From Octopus vulgaris (taxonomy: Eukaryota), in the NCBI GenBank assembly GCA_951406725.2, contig OX597826.1, forward strand, positions 57,846,001-57,910,000: a DNA stretch of 64,000 nucleotides. The letters run 5' to 3'. Below the pieces are notes generated by a model. It had not been told where the DNA came from, made no database searches, and worked only from the letters and a program-made list of their open reading frames with translations. Shown here in pieces: positions 54,303 through 64,000 of the stretch. Positions within the stretch are counted from its first letter, which is position 1; every line of letters starts with the position of its first letter. Made by a program: the position numbers and the translations under genes.

Positions 54303-55282
54303 TTTTATTGAGACACATTCTCTACAGCCAGATTGCCTTTCCTGCCACCAACCTTCAACTGTTTCCAGGTCAGGTAATATGGCCAGAAATATTTTACAGG
54401 GAAGACTGGAATTGAACATATTTTGTAATACAAGTTTAAAACCATTATGTGATGTCAAGACAAGGGTATGCACCTATGGTCTAGTTGTGTCTAAATTCTC
54501 TCTCTCTCTCTCACACACTGTGACGAATATCAGTTACCAAGTTTTGAACCCGACTAACTTATCAGCTCAGCCAAGGGATCTGAGACCTGCTTCTGATTTA
54601 CACAGCATGAGACCGATGGCTGGTAGACAACAATCTACAATATTAAGTATATTATTCAATCTCAAAGTGTTCTATGACAATGACATTAAACATCACTATT
54701 ACGACAGTTCATTTTCCTTCAAATCATAGTAGGGCAGCAGTTGTCCCTACTACACAAAATAATTTCTAACAAAGACACAATCCCCTAACATTTAGGTAGA
54801 AGAGTATTTGATTATATTTATCTAGTATAAGACTGGTAGTTATTTTTATCAGCTCTAAGAGAATGAAAGACAAAAATTAACCTCAAGAGGATTTAAACAA
54901 AAGCAGCAGAGTATTATACCTTAGAGGTGCAGATGTGACTATGTGGTTCAGAAGCTTGGTTCCCGACCACATGGTCTTGAGTTCAGTTCCACTGCATGAT
55001 ACTTTGGGCAAATGTTTTCTGGTATAAACCCCAGGCTGACCAAAGCCTTATGAGAGGATTTGGTAGAAGAAAACTGAAAGAAGGCCACTGTATATACACA
55101 TATATGTGCATTTATGTATACCCTTGTCTTGACATCACATAATGGTTGTAAACTTGTATTACAAAATACGTTCAATTCCAGTCTTCCCTGTAAAATATTT
55201 CTGGTCATATTACCTTACCTGGAAACAGGCGAAGGTTGGTGGCAGGAAAGGCATCTGGCTGTAGAGAATGTGTCTCAATAAA
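54303..55282. repeat. Inverted repeat, ~165-bp arms (54303-54469 and 55117-55282)
   Basis: Arms are highly similar reverse complements; ORFs 54379+ and 54948- share RNILQGRLELN.FCNTSL.PLCDVKTRV. Confidence 0.9.
54923..55110 (+). mobile_element. SINE family A head, diverged
   Basis: Similarity to family A 5' half. Confidence 0.7.
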
Positions 55283-56687
55283 CTTCATTTAACCTATTAA
55301 ATGATGATAATGAGGATAATTCATTGCTACTTCTGTCAATTTCCAATCTGATGCTTGACCAATTTTGTCATGTCACCATCCTAGCACTCTACCAGTTTTA
55401 CCAATACACCACTCTGGTGCTCCACCAATCCTGCCAATGCACTACCCTCTTCTTAGTCAGAAATAACAGGTTCTGTCAAATAAATTTTTCAATATTTAAA
55501 AGAAAAATCTTATGGACAGAACCTACTTCAACTGCTGAGCAGTTCTTGATTTGAAGAACTTCCTGGGCAGCATTAAGTATTTAATTTCTTAGAATACCTG
55601 GTATTGGTTTTGCATTTGTTGTTAGGTGAAGATAGGAGAGGTGTTCTTATGTCTGCAGTTAAAGCTAGAAGAAATCTAAAGAGAAACACTGAATCTTTTC
55701 ATATAAGAGATTGACACAGATAACCTCTTGGTATTTATTAAGATCTCTATAGAAATGTCATCGGAAGTTGCTATTTATTTCTCATACCGTGTAACGGGAT
55801 CTCATTCATGAACAAGGAGTCAGTTTACTGAAAAAGAGATAGGGAAGGGAGAGTGAGAAAGAGAGAAAAACAGAGACAGCAGAGAGAGAGAGAGAAAGAG
55901 AAAGAGGGCAGGAGAGAGAAACACACAGAGAAATGAATGCACACCTGAGTGCATGTTTAACAAGTACAAACATATCTTTGTGAAACAAGCAACAAACAAT
56001 GAAATCTTAAAGATCACAATAATATTTTAAAGAAAACTTGAACAAAGCATTATGAACATAATTTTCGCATTTTTCTTTTTGTTATATATAATTTTATTTC
56101 TACCTGATGGAATCAAATCTAATGCCATAATTTGTGGAAATTATTTCTACAGTCTGCTGAAAAATTTACAAGAAATTCTAAGTTATTAAATGAAGTAATG
56201 GAGCTGAACATGTAAACAAAGTTGATATTAGTTAATAATTTTTAGACAGGAAGACTCCAACCACATAGCAATATTCTTTAGGGATTGCTACATCAAAGAA
56301 GTGTTTTATGACATTACTAGCATGCAATTTATTGCTGATACTGGTAATACTGCTACTACTACTGCTACTATTACTATAATTACAACAATATCTTTTGGTG
56401 TTCCTTTTGTCTTTTTTTTTTCTTTTAATTAGTTACACTTTGTGAGAAGCATGAAACACATTTTTCAGAGACTTATAATACTCAAGGTAAAAAGCTTAAA
56501 TTACAGGCTTAATAGTAGCTGCCATCTTTGAATAGTAGGCACCAGGCTGACTGGTAAACTTGAGGAGGCAAAAATGACATCATTAGACAAGAGGATGACA
56601 GTCAGATATAATTTAAGGATTGAAAAAAGAAATGTCTCAAGAAGTGGAAGTCAAAGATGGTATAAAATAGGTGAAAACAGACTTTCG

Positions 56688-56758
<71 letters not shown>

Positions 56759-58177
56759 ACACAAACACACACACATACACACACACATGCTTTGATTAAT
56801 ATAATTATCAGTCATCTTCAGGTATAAGACAATTCAGTGCTACAGGTGAAAATGATCTTGTAAATTTTATGAACACCTGTTAAGCTCATCTAGCTGCTGT
56901 ACCTCAGATTGGTCTGAGTGAAAACATATGATCAAGGGCATTCCAGTCATGACCATCCAATTCTTTTTTCCTTTTAGGCTATATTATCAGGAATCAGATC
57001 CTGTGTCAGGCCTTTTTAAGATAGTAGAATGAGGGAAGTGAGATTTAGCCACTATTTTTGGCAGTGACCATATTTCTTCGCAAAATCTCAGGTAGTATTC
57101 ATTTGTGAATTTAAAAACCCTTAAGTAAAAAGAAATATTATTCAATAAGTTACGGAGTTAGTTAGCTTAGCTCTAAATTGTGAAGCTTTAAATATACAAA
57201 ATATCCCTCTAGTTTGGTTACTAGTCTATAAGTAGCTTTTCCTAAAAATGTTGATCCTAAATTCAGATAAAAATAGAGAATCTTTTACCATAAACAAATA
57301 AGAAAAAAAATCTGCACTTTAGAAATAGCAGACTACCAGGTTAAATAAGAAAACAAAGAATTTCACAAACAAACACAGAGTTCAGATAAGTAAATTGCCT
57401 TTCTTGCGTAACTCCAGTATGATATACACAACACAATCAGGAAAGACAGGAGTTTATACAATAACTACTCAGCTATTGCAACTCTCTAAGTAAAAGAAGA
57501 ATTGAAACCAACTGATAAAATTTAGCCTGCAAGAAAGATGAAAAGAAACTGTCCTACAAATTCATCTGATATATGGAAAAACAACCATTAAACCAATAAT
57601 TATATTAGCTGATATTTTTTAACTTCCAATTACCATAAAACATTTTTGCAGATAAACAGACTTAAATCTAGTTAAATATTGGCAATAAATATTTTCATCT
57701 TGTTATCAAATAGCTACAGTGATATTGCAATTTAATTCTGAATATTGTGTTGTTTATTATTATTTCTTTTTTTCTGTGATAAAGGGGATAAGACCTTATC
57801 AACAAGCTTGCAATTGGGAAAATTTAATCAAGTTAGATGTACTACATCAGTAATCATTCCTAGCCAAGGTTGCCAATTACAGCTTTGCCTACAGAGTGTA
57901 CAAAATATATTGAAATGAAGTTACTGAAGATATTATATATATATATATGCATAAGGTATGTGTGTATATATATATATGTATATATAATTTATATGTCCAC
58001 TTTTCCATGCTTCCATGAAATTCTGTGGAGGTGGAGCTTCTATTGCCAAATGCCCTTCATGTTGGCAACTCTCACTACTTTCTAAGTAAGGTAACAGAGA
58101 TCACTTCTTGCATGATAGATACATTTCTTTAAAACAATAACACAATGTCAAAGAAAGAAGACAGTAACTCCACCTCT

Positions 58178-58225
<48 letters not shown>

Positions 58226-58323
58226 CAACAATTGAGGGTAAAATTAATTAATTATTAATCAATTTCACCAAGTATTCAGTATGCAAGGGACCATTTAAGG
58301 CGAATTATTTTACTAAGCCCTTT

Positions 58324-58373
<50 letters not shown>

Positions 58374-58399
58374 ATATATGGTGAGAGTTGTGTATATAA

Positions 58400-58565
58400 T
58401 TGTATACAATAGGCTTTTTTCAGTTTCTGTCTACCAAATCCACAAGGCTTTGGTTGGCCTGGGGCTACAGCACAAGACACTTACCCAAAGTGCCACAGAG
58501 TGGGATTGAACCCAGAACCATGTGGTTGGCAAGAAGTAAACCTCTTACTACACAGCAATGCCTAC
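58400..58565 (-). mobile_element. SINE family A head, diverged
   Basis: Similarity to family A 5' half. Confidence 0.7.
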
Positions 58566-60054
58566 CTTTTATGCATAAGTACATACATGTGCAACTCCAG
58601 AATTATCTGTATACAAAATAATATGGCATATAAAAATAAAACAAATATAATAGTCACATTCCAGCTACTTTCATCGCCTATGCTTTTGACCATGTATCCA
58701 AATTCAATAGCTAGTCCCTCCCTCTCCAACACATTTCCCATTGAGTAATATTTTCTTGTTTCTTTCTTCTCAGCATCAGTGATGGCACATGTACCGATGT
58801 CATTCTATGCACACTTTTCCCCAGTGATATCTTGCTTTGCACAGACAGAATACCTTGTAATCTGAAAGACCTTACACCTCTGATCTTGTTGAATAGCATT
58901 GACAAAATCTCTTACTTTCTGCTTCTCTTCTTCTTTCTAAGTATATTTGATGACTAGCTTCTCTCTTAACAACCTGCTATCGTTTTTTGATTTTTCCACA
59001 CTTTCCCAGTCTTCACATGCTTACCTTCTTTTGTAAGACAGCCTACCTCACCACACCTCAGCTCCAACATCTTAATCATCTCTCCAGGTTTACTTATTAC
59101 TTTTCCAAGTGTTAACATTGATGGTGGCAAACCTATAGTTTTGTACTCAACACAATAAGGGACAAGGCAAACTACAGTTTCTGTCTACTAAATTCCACTC
59201 ACAAGATAGGCTATAGTAGAAGATATTTACTGAAAGTGTCACGCAGGAGAAATGTATCTAGAAGCAAAATGATTGCAATAGTCTTCATAACCAAATAGCT
59301 GTGCCTATGCATCACTACGTGGCACAGCTGGTTTGCTGCCAACTATCAAACACTGATAGTTACTTAAAATTAATTTGTTTATAATGTAAGAAGCAATCTA
59401 AAGCAATATCAACAGCCAAGTATTGTTCAAATTTATAAAGAAATAACTAATCTCTTCTTGAAAGATTCATTATGTTTAGATAGCTGTAATTTGAAAGTAA
59501 CACTTATTCACAACCTCATCATAAGATCAACTTTGAATAGGATGTCATTAAGCTTGTCAGTCATTCTCAAGTTTAAAGCTCTAATTGAAAAACAAATAAA
59601 TGATGCTTGTGTGGAAGTTAAAAACAAATTGAAATATGTGAAAGTCTTATGATTATTTAAATGTAGAGTATATAGAATTGTTGCAAATAAGGTGAAATTG
59701 TCATAGGAATTGTAAAGGAAAGTAAAAGAAAAGCTGCAATAAGCATCATTCACACACACACACACACACACAAGCCATTTACTACATATGGTGGTGCCCC
59801 AGCATGGCCACAGCTTGTGAGCTGAAACTAGATAAAAATAAAAAATAAAAAATATGTATTTTAGGTCACTTTGAGTGCTACAGGTAACAACAGGCTATAA
59901 AACTGAACCATCAACAACTCAACTGGCACCCACATCAGGTTAGTCTGGTGACAGCATTTGTGAGAAAACCCAAGAGGAGAAAATCAACATCTTTAAAATG
60001 ATCAAATGAATCTAGTATAGGATCATCAACTATCTAACTATAGTGTACAGGAAT

Positions 60055-60280
60055 ACAGGATACTTGAAATGGTGATTTGGTCTCCTGCCAAGCTTTACAA
60101 GAGTCAAGGCTTATAAGTGTTACAGTAAATCTCCATCTGCCTTTAATACCTTAATACCATTGGTGGAAGAGTTTAAATTAGCAAGAGCTGGCTGCTACAT
60201 GACGCCCAGGAATTTGGTAGATTTTATTGTTCATGTGTGCTAGCCTGTGCTCTCAGCAGGAAAGAAATGGGATGTGATGG
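60055..60280 (+). mobile_element. Fragment of a restriction-endonuclease-type non-LTR element (HERO/NeSL-like)
   Basis: Degenerate GYLKW*FGLLPSFT..GLY...LVEEFKLAR...PVLSAGKKW, resembling the post-RT EEFK...GRKW motifs. Confidence 0.5.
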
Positions 60281-60344
60281 AGATCACTTTGGAATGGAAG
60301 AGGTGATAGGAACAAATGGATAATTCATCTTCATCCGCATCAAG

Positions 60345-60850
60345 TCCTTACCAGTCTTCTCTTTTGCAAACCTACATCTGACTCCTCTACTACATAGTTT
60401 CCTTTCAACTCATTTTTTGTACAATCGTTCATATACATTAATGTTATACATCCAGTGGAGCAGGATCCCTTCATTTTTTACTAGCTTCCACACATCTCCT
60501 TACATTTGCTATCCATGTTTTCCTCCTAAGTAAAATCACACTTTTGTATGCAAACATCATACTGTTTACTCTTCATTGATAGGATCTTCTTGTTGACAAT
60601 ATTGGTGACAGATTCCTAAATTTCTCCCTTCTAGTTTCTATTCTGGCGACTATGCTTTCAGAACACTATCTATCTATTTCTAAACTGGTCATCTCTGTGT
60701 ATTCAACAGAATTTTCTCCATGTCTGTTCCTGTGCATCTGCCACATTTAAGGTATTTCTTTTTTGGCAACCTGGGTACCCTCTATGCAATTCCCACCTAC
60801 TCCATTTCTGCATAACAAGGATGACTACTTCCTAGATGACAATACTGAAA
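60345..60850 (-). mobile_element. RTE-clade LINE 3' fragment
   Basis: Minus strand SESIVARIE...KFRNL matches 17500-17560. Confidence 0.6.
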
Positions 60851-60998
60851 TCTTGGCTGCTTTGCTGTATAACTAAAAACATTGTATTTGCCCCATTTGC
60901 TTTGCGGTTTCTCAATTCTAGGCTTCAGTTCCTTGAAATTTCTATTCTATATCTTCTTACACAGGTTGCAACATACATAGTAAATAGCCTTAGACGCA

Positions 60999-61034
<36 letters not shown>

Positions 61035-61493
61035 TGTACATTTACTGAAATGCACACACATCTATCCATTTTTGTGAGAATCAACAGGTGCCTGCCAATG
61101 AGTATGTGTTGCCATGCACAAGAGCTGAATCAACAAAGTGTTTGAAAGAGAATCTGTCCAAATGACAAATTTTCAAACCAGAATCTCTGCAAAAGATGAT
61201 TTACTTTTCAAATCAGGTTTGCAGTATGAGAAAAGTGTTTTAGAGCAGCAGGTGTTGTTTATTCCAGCATTCACACAATATTTCTTATCACTTGAGTTTC
61301 AAGGGGGGGAAAAAAAATCTCTATTTCAGATCAAATATACAAGCAGTTTTTTTTTTCTTAATAAGTCACACAAAACAGGTAAAAACTAACAGAACAAGAA
61401 AAATAATGATTAATAATAATAATAATAATACTAATGATAGTAATATTTAATGGTCAATTAAAAATATACACATAAAGTAATTAGTGTGTTAGA

Positions 61494-61543
<50 letters not shown>

Positions 61544-62362
61544 ATGTGTGTGTATACATGCACACAAATCCATATTTTGTAAATATGTATAAGCAGATGT
61601 ATTTATGAAGGTATGTGACTTTCTGTACAACAAATATATGACTGAATATATAAGAATGTATACATGCAGAGGTGTTCATGGACAAATGCATGTGAATGCA
61701 ATACATATCAAGTGCACATGAACATGTGTATACAACTATGCATGTTCATAAATTGCATAAAAGCATAAGTATGTGTACCGAGAGAATTATATAAATACAT
61801 ATACACATATATTTATATATATATATGTTATAAACACACATATGTATTTGTGTGCACAGGCACACATAGAGACACACAAGCTTCAATAAAAGTAGGAAAA
61901 GATTTTGAAAAAGAATGTTTTAAAGAAACCTCAATAGATGTTTAGATATTTTAGCAGGAAAAAAGAGATAATGCTTTCCTAAAAGCCAGTATCTTGGAGG
62001 TTAGAGGAAGAAAGAACAAGAAATGTTTTTAATAAAGAACCTTGTTGAATTCAAAGATCAAATATCAGTTCTTGTGAAAGTAAAAGGAGCGGTACTTTTT
62101 CAAAGACTCTAGTGTCTTAGACAATCATTTACAATTTCATTTGTTCTTGCTCTGCCAGGTTTTATCTCTATTGTTAAGTGTTTATGTGAATGCATTGTGT
62201 TCACAGATTTATATGTGAGTTGGTGTATCTAATTCCTTATATAACATGTGTGTAAATGTATAAATGTGTTTACACTGAAGATATGTATGTGTGTTGTATA
62301 TACAGATTATCTTTATCATACTGCATCCCAATGTGTTATATATATATATATATATATATATA

Positions 62363-62750
62363 TGCGTAGGAGTGGCTGTGTGGTAAGTAGCTTGCTTACG
62401 AACCACATGGTTCTGGGTTCAGTCCCACTGCGTGGCCCCTTGGACAAGTTTCTTCTACTATAGCCTCGGGCTGGCCAAAGCCTTGTGAGTGGATTTGGTA
62501 GACGGAAACTGAAAGAAGCCCGTCGTATATATGTATATATATATATGTGCATGTGTTTGTCCCCCTAGGATTGCTTGACAACCGATGCTGGTGTGTTTGT
62601 GTCCCCGTCACTTAGCAGTTCGGCAAAAGAGACCGATAGAATAAGTACTAGGCTTACAAAGAATAAGTCCCGGGGTCGATTTGTTCGACTAAAGGCAGTG
62701 CTCCAGCATGGCCGCAGTCAAATGACTGAAACAAGTAAAAGAGTAAAGAG
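62363..62750 (+). mobile_element. SINE family A, full length
   Basis: Complete head, body and AAAAGAGT tail. Confidence 0.9.
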
Positions 62751-63332
62751 TATATATAGGTATACACACTGAGAACACAATGTGTTCAGCATATCTACTA
62801 TGTTCAAGTATATATAGAAGGTCTACATTTATGTGTGTAGTATGGCTGTGCATGTGCGTGTAGGTGTGTGTGCCTCTACATGCATATGCCTGTGTATGCA
62901 TGCAGTGGTGTATTAAGATTTCTATCTACATGCATGTGTAAGTGTCACCCGAACTTTATAAATTTTTGCTATGTATGTCTGACCTAGCACGACTATAAAG
63001 TTTCATTTCCTTTATTTCTCTGTAGGTTAACACATACTTTTGAGTATATATCATGAACATCATTATTTTTTGCCTACTTTCCATGCTGGCATGAACTGAA
63101 TGGCTCACCATAGTCTAAGCCAGTTCTTATTTGGAACTACTGCCTTTGTAGAATCTAAGAAGACTCCATCAGACTCATACGTTTTCATTGCTGGTTTGGT
63201 TTCTATGGCTGGATGTCCTTCCTATCACCAACCAATTAACAGAGTGTATTGGATGCATTTTATCATGGCACCAAAAATAGAGAGGTGTTTTGTGACTCGG
63301 TATGACTAAAGATTAAAGGTATGATAAAAGAA

Positions 63333-63563
63333 GGCGGCGAGCTGGCAGAAACGTTAGCACACCGGATGAAATGCTTAGCGGTATTTTGTCTGTCATTACG
63401 CTGTGAGTTCAAATTCCGCCTAGGTTGACTTTGCCTTTCATCCTTTCGGGGTCGATAAATTAAGTACCAGTTCCGCACTGGGGGTCGATGTAATCGACTT
63501 AATACCTATGTCTGTCCTTGTTTGTCCCCTCCATGTTTAGCCCCTTGTGGGTAATAAAGAAAT
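63333..63563 (+). mobile_element. SINE family B with ~14-bp TSD
   Basis: Matches 47683-47917; TSD aggtatgat(a/t)aaag at 63317-63330 and 63564-63577. Confidence 0.9.
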
Positions 63564-64000
63564 AGGTATGATTAAAGGTTCCTCTTACTCTATAATGTAT
63601 TTGTTCATTCAATGCAAATTGATAAAGAAGGCGAAGTGGAGAGAGAGTGATTGAAGAAGAAGCAGGATGGATGGTTGAAAGGAGCAAGATTTTAATGATA
63701 CAAACAGTGAGTGGAGTGGGAAAGTGGTTGATAAGGAGAGAGATTGATAGATAGTTTTAGAAGTGGATAGTGGTAAGAATGTGTGATAGATGTGAATAAC
63801 AAACAACCCCGTAGACAGAAAATGATGACTGGAGGTACAGAAAAGGTGATGGTAAAATATAGGAAATACAAGCAGATCTAATGCAGTACATTATACATAG
63901 ACATCAAACAAATAGTAAAAGAGGTAGAGTGATAAGTATGGTAGGAGCATTGTAACGAATATGAGAAAGGTCCAATACCTATTTCTTTATTACCCACAAG

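Noticed and set aside
58220-58330. Another (TA)n-flanked insert with a hammerhead-like layout (AGTA...GACC...GGCGAA...TACT)
   Set aside because: No NUGANNA core and no complete GAAA; probably a TE end, ribozyme not supportable.

Overview
AT-rich, repeat-dominated animal genomic DNA. The SINE families and dense (TA)n/(CA)n/(GA)n/(AAT)n microsatellites point to a coleoid cephalopod, probably Octopus; this is inferred from repeat content only. No intact host protein-coding gene is recognisable, and most listed ORFs are microsatellite or SINE translations. The window holds three tRNA-derived SINE families, decayed RTE, CR1 and restriction-endonuclease-type LINE fragments, a deleted mariner, hAT MITEs, and a possible + strand first exon near 5.7-5.9 kb. 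The main signal is a set of short inserts in (TA)n tracts that look like Penelope-like pseudo-LTRs or retrozymes. Each carries a minimal type I hammerhead ribozyme fold with a palindromic stem III. Three otherwise dissimilar families use three different Watson-Crick pairs at core positions 3-8: C3:G8 (1505), G3:C8 (three copies in an inverted plus tandem array, 24872-25121) and U3:A8 (25768). Other oddities are a 5'-inverted RTE LINE broken exactly after YADDL, a same-strand SINE pile-up in (AAT)n, a ~165-bp inverted repeat and a pre-miRNA-like hairpin. All calls were made by eye and boundaries are approximate unless stated.
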